A stretch of DNA of 64,000 bases from NCBI GenBank assembly GCA_951406725.2, contig OX597814.1:36518001-36582000 (forward strand), given 5' to 3'. The DNA is from Octopus vulgaris. Lineage: Eukaryota. The translations under genes and the position numbers were made by a program. Below, piece by piece: positions 39,363 through 54,589 of the stretch. The stretch's first letter is position 1, and every line of letters starts with the position of its first letter. Below the pieces are notes generated by a model. It was not told where the DNA came from. It ran no database searches and worked only from the letters and a program-made list of their open reading frames with translations.

Positions 39363-42145
39363 ATAATGACTCTCTAAAAAGATAAAGTTCGCTGGAATGT
39401 AACTCACGCTGAACTCACGAATCTGAAGTTGTGAGTCAATGAACGATATCAAATAATTAAGAATGGATAAGAAGTAGATAGTGTACAATATGTACAAAAG
39501 AAAGAAAATTTCATAATGGAATATTATATACGCATTTAATTAATACATAAAAACCGAGCTATTTGCAAAAATAAGAGGTAATAGGCATCAATACTTTAGT
39601 AATACGTTAATGTTATAATATTCTTAACTGAAAGCTAAGTAAATTATCAATACTTTAGAAAAATGCAGGAAACATAATTACTTCATTTAAATTAAATAAT
39701 AAGAATCTGCTGCACGGAAATTCTCCCTCTAGTATGTCGTGTTTTGTATTTTTAACTGAGCGATAAGTAAATTAGCTAGAGATGAAAAAAAAATGCGAAA
39801 AACAATGACTTCATCACTAGAATCTAATTTACAAAAATTACATTTAGCATGAATGTATCGGAATGTAACGATACGAAAAGAAAATAAATAAAAGGAAGAC
39901 AAGGAGAGGCTTTCTGTGTATCATTGGCTGAAAAGAGCAGGGCCTAAAGCTGAATCTTACGATGTTTTATTGTGGTACGGGAAACTACCGACATCTTTTT
40001 ATGAAACAGAATACAAAAGGTTGTAGTAGTGCTGACTGCTATTTCTCACATCAGGGTTGTGTGGTTATTACGAAAGACCTGTTGTCAGTTTATTATATAC
40101 ATCATTTATTGCTACGTAATTAAAAAGGTGTTTAAGCAATATAGGAAGAGTTTTTCGGGTGCAGCAGATCTTCATTAGAAATTACATAATTAGGCTGATT
40201 TTTCATATCAATGCATATTCATTTTGTCGTGTCGGATTTTTCATTAATCTCACCGGGTTGAATATGGAATTGTAACAACTGCTATTAGTGAGAGGAATTC
40301 ACCAAGGACCAATTTTATCATGACCCGAATTCACTCTGCTTTTTCGCGTGTAACATTTTCTTCACAGAAAGTCCTAGCGATTTTCGCCAGACTATCATGT
40401 AAAGAAAAATCTCTGATTGGCTGAAATGGGATCTGCATGCATAGTAAATTCGTGATTTCCATGTAGTCGAAAATGGGGTCGAAATCAACTGTTGTAAGGT
40501 AACAACATCATATGTGGATTTTAGGAAGTAACAACTTATCGCATCGTTAATAGCTTTTCAGTATTAACCAAGGTACAATATATGTAAAAGCGTTACAGTT
40601 ATGAGGTGTTCATACACTGTAAAGAATACCAGTATTATGAAATACCTACAGCAATGTGAAGGTATAAACAATATCATTAAAGATCTCAGAATGTGAGAAA
40701 AAGACAATACTCTGAATTTAGTTAATTCGTAGGCACAAGGGAAATCAAGTCTACCAAGCCAGATATTGTTGTCACATACCAGAAAAAACAAAGAATAAAA
40801 ACAAACAAAAAAATGTCCTGAAAGTATTTGTTGATTCACAAAATAATGTGTTGTCGCGATGGTTGCTGGGTTTGTGCAATGTGAAGTTGCTAAATGAAGA
40901 TATATTTCGTTGGCCGCATGAATAATAACTGAAGTACATTCATGAACAGTTAGCTGAAATGTTTATTGCCGGACATAAAAATATTGGGTGTTGGCTAATT
41001 ACAATGAACAATATAAATGTTTGCTGAATGAGAAAGAGATAAACCGCCCTGAAATTATAGAAAGCTATCTGTGTGACAAAATGCAGCCGGCCCAAAAGTA
41101 TACGAAGTCAACTGCACAAATCTCCCTTTAGTGTCTACCCCTGCAAGAGTGCTGGTGCGTAAATTAGTCAGTCACCTTCAATTAATCAAGTGGCAAAAAC
41201 CACTCTTTTATAGGGTACAAGAAAAACATTATAGAAAACATCACACCACACCTTCACGCAGATTGGTTGCTTAATAGACCGATCAGGTGAAACTGCTGTG
41301 GTTCACTCGTGATGTTTGATCGATTATCTAACAATTGAGGTTTCGAATTACCGCTACAGTACCTTTGAAAAAGTGGAGAAATGGTGATCTGGAAATAGGG
41401 AAACAAGCATGTAGGGATTAATCATAAAATCGGCCCTTATAAAACAGATGATTCGGAAATGCTTGTATATAACGTGAGTCCAGACTGCTGGACTATATAA
41501 AAAAATACTTGTACACATTGCATATAGAATACTGCGATACAATGAAAGACAAACCAAAACAAAGCACTCCCTACTGAAAAAAAAAAAAAAGGATTTCTTA
41601 ATTTGCCTCAAATAAAGAAGCACAACTCAATGTCATATCCCGAAACAATAGTTATATTTATATGATATATGTAACAAAAAAAAAAAAAAAAGGTCAATGA
41701 AATGTATGAAGGTGATTTTATACTGACACGTCCACAGAAACACACATGCATTCCTGTGCGAGTGCGAACTATAAACACTGTTACAATTATGTATTTAATA
41801 AACATATTTTTGACCTCGCTCCAAAGATAGACCCAATGGTAAAATAAGAATTCTCTGGGCATCAAGTTTATATCAATCGATTTATATTGGCTCTCGTCAA
41901 AGTCTTCGTCAAGTTTTGATTACTTTTCCCTGGGCGCCAAGAGGATGCAGTGCAAACGATCGTTCTAGAAAAAGTTGAACCACGGGATCTATTTTCACTG
42001 TGTAATTAAACATATATTTTATAAACATATATATGTGAACGTAACTTTGTTTACAAAGTTAATCGCATATAAGCTGAGTTAGTGTTCAAGTCCACAAACA
42101 TACTAAAATACACACACATATATATATCCATGTATATAAGCACAC

Positions 42146-42190
<45 letters not shown>

Positions 42191-42337
42191 TACACACACA
42201 CAAAACCAGTTAGGTTAAAATAGGACAATCAAAGCACCAAACGAAGTCTTCGATTTCCTTTCAACATCGATATAAGTACCTTCTTGTTGCACCTCCCATC
42301 CATCTTACAGAATCACAATCCCAACTTTTACCAGCAA

Positions 42338-42975
<638 letters not shown>

Positions 42976-43438
42976 TTATAATAGTAACAAGATAGCACCA
43001 CGCAACAAAAATCGTATTACACAACACACATACTGATATTCAGAGGTACTAAGCAAAAGACTAAATATAACTAACGATTTAATGATATTGTTGATGGAAG
43101 AAGGCAAGGACTATAAAAGTGAATCAGTAAAAATATGAGATTTTGACTTGAAACCTGAGGTAATGGAATTCGGATGTCTCGATTGGTTAATGATTTATTG
43201 ATTATCGATTATTGCTCCTTTTCACGTCGTTCACTTACGTTTCTTTTGTTTTCAAAATAAGACAACATGATACGATTTTTCCCAGTCAACAAATATGTTT
43301 ACTAAGATTCAATAAATAGCCATAATCACCAGTCTAGTCAAGACAATAGCCAGGGAGCGCAAAAGCCAATATATATATATATATGGATAAATAGATATAC
43401 TTATAATACACGTATACATATATATATCTATATATATA

Positions 43439-43573
<135 letters not shown>

Positions 43574-43784
43574 TATTATATATATATATATACATACACA
43601 TATCAATGTCTGTATATGTGTGTGAGTGTGTGTGTTTGATTTCGTATACTTGTCCAATGTCACAAAATTACACACACGTAGAATCGCATCGCACTCTTCT
43701 AATCCTTAGCTATCTTTCTCTCTCTACTGCACCCCCCCCCCGCCCACAGGGATTCAATCCGTTTCATTACTTCTGCTATATAGT

Positions 43785-44001
43785 TTGGTTTTAAATTTTG
43801 GCACAAGGCCAGAAATTTCGGGGTATGTGGTAAATGAATTACATCGACCCCAGTGTTCAACGAATATTTATTTTATCGATTCCGAAAGAATGAAAGGTAA
43901 ACTCGACCCCGGCGCCATTAGATCTCAGAACGTAAAGTCGGAAGAGATTCTGCTTGGCAATTTTTTCTGCATGGTAACGATTCTGCCAGCTCGCCTCCGC
44001 C
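43785..44001 (-). mobile_element. SINE family B-related copy
   Basis: acatcgaccccagt...ctcagaacgtaaag...ctgccagctcgcc; related copies at 49485-49660 and 62408-62606. Confidence 0.75.
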
Positions 44002-44497
44002 AAAAGAGCTCGCAAGAGACATTATTAGCCACCTTAGTAATTAATGGTTATTCTTCAAAGGAAGAACCTGGAAGGGCCTGTACTAAACTTTGAAACAAAG
44101 TATACTTTGGCCAAAGTATACGTCACTGCATAATATTTGTGCGAAGTTGGGATCAGATTCTGCAACAGATTAGATTTCAGACCCAGATAATTTCAACATC
44201 TCTCCAGTAACTAAAAACATCTACATGGAGTGTGTGTAGGTGTTTTAAAGAAATACTTGAGCGTTTGTCTGCCGAAGATCCCAACTGAATCTATGTCAGT
44301 AAGAAACTTTAAGTAAGGGAGCGGCCTCAAATGCTCTTATTCCCTGCAAGCAAATCACTTATACATATGACTTTATTTTATATGCTTTTCTTAGTATATA
44401 TATATAATCAAAATAAGCACCAAGTTGGTGCGGTATTATCCGTACAACTCAAGTAAGGTGAACAAAGTCAAAACAAGCAACAGGACATCAAAAAGTG

Positions 44498-44585
44498 ATG
44501 CAGTGCGACCGTTTGAAGCGACTCTATTTAATTGAACAATGCAATCATTATATCAATTTTAATGCAGTGCTATCCTCAGCTGCAT
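44498..44585 (-). ncRNA. Degenerate type I hammerhead in a (TA)n-embedded element (about 44406-44622)
   Basis: Minus strand: atgcag-CTGAGGA-long stem II-cAAAC-ggtc-GcA-ctgcat; 6-bp stem I intact, G12 and U16.1 substituted. Confidence 0.5.
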
Positions 44586-44622
44586 AAATAAATGGAATTT
44601 CTTTAAACAGTTGGACACATTA

Positions 44623-44653
<31 letters not shown>

Positions 44654-44724
44654 CACATACATATGATATCAGTATATGTATTGTATATCAATGTTTATAT
44701 GCATGGGTGAATAGATATATGTTT

Positions 44725-45197
44725 GCCTGTTGGTGCGACGATGACTATCTAGTAATCTTAAGAATGACTGAAGATTTGCGCGGTGACTTTGTTTGAAGTG
44801 AATAGGAAACACGCATCCCCAACCTCACTCTTTCGTCCGTGATCTAATCCAGTGACAAAATCAAGTTAAGACGACTGGGGGTGGAGACAGATGCGGTGCA
44901 TGACCAAGATATTTTACTTACCTCACCTTGTTCCTTGCTATTCACAATGCTTTGCTGCATTCGCAATCTCTGTGGAACCATGATAGATTTCTTCACCGAG
45001 TCCGTCAGATCCAATTTTCATATGCGTAAGTAGGCAAGCTCTAGCATGCTAATTAATCCACAGCTGGGACCCTGACATGTGCTACTACTCCGGGTCTGAG
45101 TACAGCTGGGAACAAAGCTGACTAAAAGGTTGTTTCACACTCCTCAAAGCCCTGGAACTTCCGAACCAGGGGCCTACTATCGGATGTAGTTTAAAAT
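44725..45197 (-). repeat. ~470-bp dispersed repeat, copy 2
   Basis: Inverted diverged homolog of 38082-38555. Confidence 0.7.
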
Positions 45198-45249
45198 CAT
45201 AAATACATACACGTGTGTATATATTCATATGTATTATGCAATACTTTAT

Positions 45250-45465
45250 ACTCTTTACTCTCTTTTACTCTTTTACTTGTTTCAGTCATTTGACTGCGGC
45301 CATGCTGGAGCACCGCCTTTAGTCGAACAAATCGACCCTGGAACTTATTCTTTGTAAGCCTAGTACTTATTCTATCGGTCTCGTTTGCCGAACCGGTAAG
45401 TGATGGCGACGTAAACACACCAGCATCGGTTGTCAAGCAATGCTAGGGGGACAAACACAGACACA

Positions 45466-45513
<48 letters not shown>

Positions 45514-45680
45514 CATATATATACGACGGGCTTCTTTCAGTTTCCGTCTACCAAATCCACTCACAAGGCTTTGGTCGGCCCGAGGCTATACTAGAAGACA
45601 CTTGCCCAAGATGCCACGCAGTGGGACTGAACCCGGAACCATGTGGTTGGTAAGCAAGCTACTTGCCACACAGCCACTCC
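45250..45680 (-). mobile_element. SINE family A, well preserved
   Basis: Reverse complement of 4950-5345 with CpGs retained. Confidence 0.9.
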
Positions 45681-46153
45681 CATACGATGTATATAATACC
45701 TGCATACACACACGTGCACAGACACGATATATGGAGAGAGAGAGAGACAGACAGACACATATAGAGATATGTATGCACATATGTAACAGCAATATGGTGG
45801 GAAGCAATAATTTCAGTGGAATGCTGTGCATGTTAAAATCAAACACAATAAAGTCTTAGATCCATATTATAATGAATTAATCCTCGACTGCTGTTATAAT
45901 TCTTGCATTTAGATAGCAAAGCCTAACACCAGCTATGTTTAAAAACTAAAATCTAGAAACGAGATAAAATCCCAGTAGAGAATTGAAGCTAATCCGGTTG
46001 ATCCTTGTTTTCTATCCACAAAACTATTGTAGATAGCAACGGAGTGTTTATATATAGCTCTTACGCATTGTGGTGGGTCAAATCTGCAGATATACTTCGT
46101 TGTACAGAATATATATATGTGCACGCGTGTGTGTGTGTACGTACGTACGTGTG

Positions 46154-46210
<57 letters not shown>

Positions 46211-46219
46211 CTATAAATA

Positions 46220-46265
<46 letters not shown>

Positions 46266-46266
46266 C

Positions 46267-46343
<77 letters not shown>

Positions 46344-46686
46344 AGAACACATTCACTAAACTTATTGCCCAACCCCCAGTAAATTTGTTATCAATCAATC
46401 TTCCAACAACACGGTCTATCGAATTATTGTCTTCAGTAATGCTGCATCTTACTCTCTCTATCTCTCTGTCTTTCCTTTCATTTTCTCTCTCTCCACTTTT
46501 CCTCTCCCTTAATATGTGTGTATCTGTGTGTGTGCATATGTGTTTGTATGTATACACACATACACATGTATATATACACACATGTATACATAAATATATT
46601 GGCATCTATATAACTAACTCTCTCTCTCTCTCTGTATATATATGTGTGCGTATGTGTTTGTGTCTGTGTATGTGTGCATATGTGTA

Positions 46687-46734
<48 letters not shown>

Positions 46735-46824
46735 AATACACACATATGTACATAAATATATTGATATCTATACACCTAACTCTTTCTCTCTGTGTTTGTG
46801 TCTGTGTATGTGTGCATATGTGTA

Positions 46825-46858
<34 letters not shown>

Positions 46859-47729
46859 CACATACACACATATGTACATAAATATATTGATATCTATACA
46901 CCTAACTCTTTCTCTCTGTGTATATATGTGTAGGGGTATGTGTGTATGTGTGCATATGTATGTGTGTGTATATACATACATAAATATATATATGTGTGTG
47001 TGTGAAGAGAATGAAGGAGACAGCAGGAAAGAAGGTAAGACAAGAGGAGTTTAAAAGAGGGAATATTGTGATGCTTCAGAAATCTGGATAAGTATTTATC
47101 TTCCGCATATTCCGTATAAGGGATCATTTGCTTCACCTTGCAATAATCAGCGGTATCCATTGATTCTATCGACAACAAAGAAAGACGGAACCAATCATGA
47201 TAATAGTCACTATAATATAGCATTTCCCATTGCTATTAATACGTTGAAAAGAAAACTGTGTGCATATGATGAACACAGTGAGACAAATAACTAACAAAGC
47301 AATTATAGCCTTGTGGAAATGGAGAACAAATATAATTCTTAACAGTAAAAACCTGTTTATTTTCCCAATAAATCTCATCTCCAAGCAAAGCGATCGTATT
47401 GTGTGTTATTGGAGTGGCGGAAACATGGTGCACACAGCTCAGTTAAATCAAAGAACTTTGATCTTGGAATCAACACCTTACGCTTGTTTATCGCTTGAGA
47501 TCATATATGTAAGGTCAAAAGACTAGTTGCCCTCTATGATTAGAGTTTGGACTTCCGCTATCCAGAGCTTTAAACCAAAGGATTGCTTTACCATTATCAG
47601 CATTGAGATACATTGCCAAATTGTTATAATGTAATTAATGGAGTAAGTGAACGTTTGTATGTGCGTGTGTATGCGCGGGCGTACTTGTGAGTCTGTGTGT
47701 GTGTGTGTGTGTATTTGTGTGTGTGTGTT

Positions 47730-47786
<57 letters not shown>

Positions 47787-48106
47787 TTGTGTGTGAAAGC
47801 GCAGGCACTAGCAATGGGTAATCGATTATAGATTCCATTTGGAAATAGTTTCGCCAAATGCGGATAGTTCACTCGACACATACAGATGTGTGCTAATAGA
47901 CACGTTTGAATGAGCGTTCATATGTGTGTGTATGTGCTTCGTTGCATACTTACACACATGTATGCGCATTCAACCATCCACACACACACACACTCTCGCG
48001 AACACACCCAAACGCACACACACTCACACATACATACACAAATGCACACGTGTGCACACACAGAGACACACACTCACAGACACACACACACATACACACA
48101 CTCACA

Positions 48107-48185
<79 letters not shown>

Positions 48186-48879
48186 GTAAAGAATTATGAC
48201 CATCAACTGAAGAAAAGCCCCACAGGTTTCAAGCAAGCTTTCTTTAATAAGTTTATTGTCAGTGATTTCGAAATAACGCTAGCAGTCGGTCTCGTCTGAC
48301 TGAATGAATTGTATTCTTACTGAATTCTTTATACAGCTAGGGCATTTTCTATGGGTAGGTTTGTTGGTACGTGACAAGAAAAGACCATTATGTTATTGAA
48401 ATACAAGAGTAAGGGTTGGTAAAGAAGGCCGACAATTCGTTTAACTGATAACAGTATTAGTATAGTTTAGTAAAGAGTTGAGAAAAAGACGATTAAAAGT
48501 AAAGAGGAGGAGATAGTGATATATGTCTGGAATAAATATTAATTTGACGAATATATGTGTATATGTTCTTCAGGCGTTTATGTAAGCATTGTGCGACATT
48601 GTGAATAGCGCTTTAGTCGTTTATCATCTTCTTGAGTAATGAATTCTATATGATGTATACGATCATATACAAATAATAGACAAAAATGCGGTGAATCAAA
48701 TGCATGCTAACAATAAAATAAACGGAACTGGTATTATCTTGTAAAGAGTAACTCAAAATATATCACACCAAACAATAAACTACCACTCACCATGCACAAC
48801 AAAAAAGTCCGAAGATCACACAAACTTCGCTTTCCATAATGAAACACAAGACTTTAAGTCCGAAAACAGTGAGACCAAT

Positions 48880-50463
48880 CAATTATATAAAATCCGTTCT
48901 GTCTGTCTGTGCGTGTGTGTGTCTTCTAGGATCTCGGACAGCCTCCATCCGATTGCGCTCGAATTTGATATGTAGATACCGACGGTATCAGGGCGTGTAT
49001 AAGTCTTGAAAAAATTACAAAAATCGATTCCAGGTGAGAATGCGATCGATAAAGCCGTGGGAACGTGCATTTGTACGCGCAAGTACATCAACTGTTGCGA
49101 TGTACTTACTGGTACTTTAAACTCTTCGGTTGCATATTTGTGTGAATAAAATCGTTTTTCTTTGGAATAGAAAAAAGTCTATCTGTATTTCTTCTTTTGC
49201 TGGTGTTTCAAATTTAGGTTAAATCAGTGTTTCTCAAAGGGAAGGCCTATGGGACGGTCGGACAAGTTGTTTTAAGAAAATTTGGTTTAAATGTTTGATA
49301 ACTCAGCACCGTCCATTGGACGGGGGGCGTTTTGCTCGTATGATATATAAGCACTATTGTAAAAGTGGAAGCTTTCCATATGCTTGTTACATATATGACA
49401 TTCGTAGATTCCTTAAGCACTTACAACAATGGGCGATTGTAACATAATACTAACAAACATACGGAAAAATTAGATACGAAGATATTGGTTTCAAATTTTG
49501 GCACAAGGCCAGCAATTTTGGGCGCAGGGCTAAGTCGATTACATCGACCCCATTGATCAACTGGTACTTAATTTATCAACTCCGAAAGATAAAAGGCAAA
49601 GTCGACCTCGTGGAAACCTGAGCTCAGAACGTAAAGACGGACGAAAAGCCGCTAAGTAATTTTCCATCTTTATCTTCAAAAGTTTATTTGCTTCAGTCAT
49701 TGGAATGCGGCTGTGCTGGGGCACCGTCTTGAAAGATTTAGTTGAACAAATCAACTCAGTACTTATTTTTCAAGCCTGTTACTTATTATATCGGTCTCTT
49801 CTGTCGAACCACCTTGACGTGTGGATGTGCGCATATGTAGGTGTGTGGATGAGGGTGTGGGTGCTGGAAAGTGGTCAGTGCTAGTGTGTGCGGGGTGGTG
49901 TGATGTGTTGTGGTATGATGTGGTGTGGTGAATTACACCTTACCTTTTCAAGTAATTCATTACTACATATTCTCATGTGACTGCATAGGCTCAGTTTATG
50001 TTTCTTATTCTACAGCCACACCAGCAATCCACAGTCAACCCATCGCCTTCTTGAACATTTCAATAGTTCACTTCTTCGTTGCCGTCTCCCACTGCAGAAC
50101 CTTTCTGGGATGTATCCATTTACGTACGATATCTCCATTACACCCACATTCATTCGACTGTCAGCCATACGATGGGTCGTGTTGGACGCAGTGCCGACCG
50201 CTGCAAAGGAGAGTATATTCACGAACAGCTTTTCAATGCGTTCAAAATCATATACACCTCACCCCCAATTTTCCATGACAGATTAGGGCCTGGAATCCTC
50301 CAAACGGACGCATGATATGTCAGTCGAATTAGCTCCTCATTTACTTTACGAATATGTTGTTATCAATGCTGCACTTTCTCGTATCACGTTTCAACTTAAC
50401 TCCAATAATATATGTACAATCTATGCCAGTTTAACCCCGAACAATGCCGAGTATTTCTGCTGT
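48880..50463 (+). mobile_element. Possible Helitron-derived element with nested insertions
   Basis: 5' tatataaaa..ctgtctgtctgt and 3' cccgaacaatgccgagtatttctgct resemble the termini of the Helitron at 31367-31763; linkage of the two ends is inferred. Confidence 0.35.
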
Positions 50464-50798
50464 TATATATATATATATATATATGGATCATTATGATCCA
50501 GAAATGAAAGCTTAAGCTATGGAAAGGAACACGAGAAAATAAACAGAGAGAGAATATGGACTCTTCTGTCGTTAGATCACGTATAAGGGTTCGGTAATTT
50601 CTTGCCGAACAACTGCACAAATGATTTGTTTATAGTGATCAAATATTTGTGTTCACATAAGCTCACTCTCTCCATCAAATCGACATTACCTGTACACGTG
50701 CACCATGTGCCACATGTCAGATCGCAGAGCAACATGAAATGAAGTGCATTGCTCAATCGTGAGCAGCATTTTATCCATTAAGCCTTCACAAGCCTTCA

Positions 50799-50848
<50 letters not shown>

Positions 50849-51550
50849 TAGAAAAATACAGATAGAGAAAATTACATCTTTAATTCTGGAATACATCCTA
50901 GAAAGCCGACAATTGCTTCTGTTCTGTCAACATATTTAGATATAAAAAATATCATTGAGATTAATATAACCCAAAATACATATTAACAACGTTTTCAAGG
51001 TGACGCCTACTTCCTCTCACCCACCTCTCCGCCTTGCTCTGACACCTACTTCCTCTCTTCACTCCTACCCACCTTCTCCCTTCCACCCTCTCCCTTCATC
51101 GTCACCCCTTCCCTCGTTACCTCACCCTTAGACATTCCAACCCCACCATCTCTATACATCCCACCCCACCCACACCCGATCCGTTACACCCACCCTTGCT
51201 TCCCCACTGTCGCCTCTCCATACCCCAACACCATCACAGTACACCACACACCACCACACCACATCACACCAGACCGCACACAATAACACTGATCACGTCC
51301 CAGTACCCACACCATCATTCACACACCTACACATGCACACACGCACACGTCAAGGTCACCATCCCCCATCCACACGTACATACGCGCTCTCACATACACA
51401 TGCACGCGCACCTTCGTTTGGGATCACCACTACTTTATTATCTCCCCTCCTTCCAAGCTCTCCTGTTTGACCGTCCAGCCAGCAGCCATTGTTGACCACT
51501 AGCCTCTAAATTTTTTTTTTATCCTCATTCTGTTTATTTTCTCGTGTTCC

Positions 51551-51584
51551 TTTCTGTTTGAGAGCGTAGGCTCGAAACGTTAAA
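51551..51584 (+). ncRNA. Variant or degenerate minimal hammerhead motif at the end of a C-rich PLE-like remnant (about 51000-51672)
   Basis: ttt-CTGTTTGA-gagc(gtag)gctc-GAAAC-GTT-aaa; core deviates from CUGANGA. Confidence 0.5.
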
Positions 51585-52745
51585 AAATTTCGTACTTTCG
51601 TTAATCTAATACATCTCTGTTGTTTACACACCCGTCTTCATCTTTTGTTTTTTTTTTGTAATTTCTCACTATAAATGTGTGTGTGTTTGTATGTATGCAT
51701 GTATGCATGTGTGTGTGTATATATATGCGTGTGTGCATATGTATGTATGTATATGCTTGTATGGATGTATGAGATAAATATAAATTAATATACACAAGAT
51801 TTAAATACTAACTACTATCTAGTACATATATGGGAAATTTCTGTCTGTGGGTGCGTTTGTGGAGTTGTTAGCTAGCTTCACCGACATCGATTTTGATTAA
51901 ACTTGACACGTGAGCAGAACTGATGTCTGGAAATCTCATGGCATACTCAGATTGTTGAAAAAATCGATAATAGGATCACTGGAAGGGCTCCATATATATT
52001 TTATTTTAAAACCCAAGGGAAACTACCCATTCGCCCCTGGAAGAGATCCTTATATATAGCCAAGACATATACCAACACTAGCGCCTCTGAGGGTAATATT
52101 GTCTGGGAACGCAGAAAAGCCCTTTTCAGAGTTATTTACTTTGAATTTTTGTCATCTCATATCTGATTAGCCTGTTATTACGTAACATGCTTCACGATTT
52201 TAGTGTACATACCTTATTAGTATTTCCTCCTAAGTTCTATATACTCTGGAAACGCATTAAAGCCCTTTTCGGGGCCACTTTATTTGAACTCTTACTATCG
52301 GGTAACTAATTTCATGTTATTACATAACTAGGTATTCATAATTTATTGGGAATTCGTAAAAAGAAGATCCTGTGTAAGACAATTCGGGATTCTCTGTAAA
52401 TGCACGGAAACCGTTTTAAGGGCTACATAGTTTGTATTGTTGTTATTGGATTAGCGAAACAATTATGAGAACGGAACCAAGAGATAAGCGCCGCTTTCCC
52501 GGGAATTACTGAGTACGTCAGCTATTTAGTTTCATACTGTGAAAACATGATTGTCGGGCAAGCCTGTATAACGTGCCGCAGACTGAAATATACAACATTG
52601 TATATCACTTGTACACCTTTATTAAAGATTGTTGCTTCCTTTTTCTTCGCATTTATATTTCTTTCCCTCCTATACTACCTTCTCGTCCTGCTCCTTTTCC
52701 TTGCTCTTTTTCCCTCTCCTCCAACTCCTACTTTTTTCCTCCCCT

Positions 52746-52866
52746 TTCTTCTTCTTCTTCTTCTTCTTCTTCTTCTTCTTCTTCTTCTTCTTCTTCTTCT
52801 TCTCCTCCTTCTTCTTCTTCTTCTTCTTCTTCTTCTTCTTCTTCTTCTTCTTCTTCTTCTTCCTTC
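52746..52866. repeat. (CTT)n microsatellite
   Basis: Read directly from the sequence. Confidence 0.95.
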
Positions 52867-53242
52867 AAGCTTCCAAACTCTTATTAATTATTCACTGATT
52901 TCTTTTTACTCTTTCCAGTTTCAATTCACTCATTTCCTGCTCTGGTAAGTTACACTTCTTTACGTATGATTTCTCCTAAAACTCATGCACACACGCTCAC
53001 ACACAGACACACACACATACAAATATTTCAAAAAAAATATTTGTTTTGAGATGAAATTTGAAGTATTGTTACAAAATTTGAACAGTAGCGGAAGCCAAAA
53101 CAATGCGTTAACAATACCAGCAATCTATTGCTTTCTCCCCGGATTTCCTATTAATAGTTCCTGTTCAACAAAGGATGTATATAGATAACAAAGTGAAGCA
53201 GAAGAAATGACACACATTCGGACCTTAGTTGTTCTCCTGAAG

Positions 53243-53538
53243 ACGATTGGGGCAGTTGTGAAATTCTGAAAACATCAATATGCATTAAGAAATTTTCCAC
53301 TAACTAGATCAGTAGGCATATTAACTGCATTTCTTTCTTTATCTCCAGCGTGACAAAAAGATTCAATTTAAGGGGAAAATACATATGATAAGCATACCTC
53401 GATCACCCGGTTGGATGTTTTTGGAGGAGTTTGAAATATATATATCGTGACGTAAAATATGAACACATTTATAGTTTTTTTTCCTGAATTTTTTTTCTAT
53501 CAAAACATATTTATATTTTTTCGAATTTTTTCTATCAA

Positions 53539-53576
<38 letters not shown>

Positions 53577-53836
53577 TTGATAGATAAAAAATTCAGGAAA
53601 AAAAACTATAAATGTGTTCATATTTTACGTCACGATATATATATTTCAAACTCCTCCAAAAACATCCAACCGGGTGATTGAGGTATGCTTATCATATGTA
53701 TTTTCCCCTTAAATTGAATCTTTTTGTCACGCTGGAGATAAAGAAAGAAATGCAGTTAATATGCCTACTGATCTAGTTAGTGGAAAATTTCTTAATGCAT
53801 ATTGATGTTTTCAGAATTTCACAACTGCCCCAATCG

Positions 53837-53837
<1 letters not shown>
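53243..53837. repeat. 266-bp near-perfect inverted repeat around a (TA)n spacer
   Basis: 53243-53508 is the reverse complement of 53572-53837 with about 2 mismatches. Confidence 0.92.
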
Positions 53838-53880
<43 letters not shown>

Positions 53881-53937
53881 CATTATTGGTGAATTGAAGA
53901 AATGGAGCTGAACGCAGATTAAACAGAAATCGTTTTA

Positions 53938-54026
53938 TTTCATTCTACACGTGTTTCGAAAGGCACAAATTACCAAAATCCGATGGAATAATGGGACCAT
54001 ATTGTGTCTTTCTCTTCAGGAAGAAA
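53938..54026 (-). ncRNA. Type I hammerhead ribozyme with long stem II in a (TA)n-flanked segment (53880-54485)
   Basis: Minus strand: tttcttc-CTGAAGA-gaaagacacaa...ttgtgcctttc-GAAAC-ACGT-GTA-gaatgaaa; intact core, G-C closing pair, palindromic ACACGTGT stem III. Confidence 0.85.
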
Positions 54027-54481
54027 ATAGGAAATCCGTTGGAAAAACAAAAACAGAACAGAGGCGGAGCAAAAACAAATCGAACTATGCTCCTAAGAGC
54101 CCATGGCGAAACTGTTTATCAGTGTATGTTGAGAACCGGTGGCTGAAGAATTCAACGGGTCAGGCATCGGTCAATCATGTGGGTGAGGGTGCGTAGATGT
54201 TCTTTGTGACCGAGAATAAAGTTCTGACTATTTAAGGAATATTGTATGTTTTATAAGGGGCGAGAAAAAATCTACTTAGAGACGTGTGTGTGTGTATACT
54301 GTTCTATATATGTGTGTGTTGGCGTAGGGGTAGAAAACATTTTTTGTGTACGTGTGTGCGTTTGATCGTTCGGCTGTCAGTGGCTACTGCCGTGCTGTTT
54401 TACTGCTGTGATTTTTGCTACCAAGGTATCGGTTAAACTTTTGATTAATCTACTACAAGATTATTCATCTTTCTATTTCAC

Positions 54482-54519
<38 letters not shown>

Positions 54520-54589
54520 ATGCACAAGTAGAGGTTTGTGGCACATACGCAACATGCAAAACAGTAAGATAAAGTTACTTTCTCGAGTA

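Noticed and set aside
39393-39403. TGGAATGTAA resembling the miR-1 5' end
   Set aside because: The match stops after 10 nt and no precursor hairpin is evident.
44100-44121. 22-bp perfect palindrome gtatactttggccaaagtatac
   Set aside because: Isolated, with no supporting context for a function.
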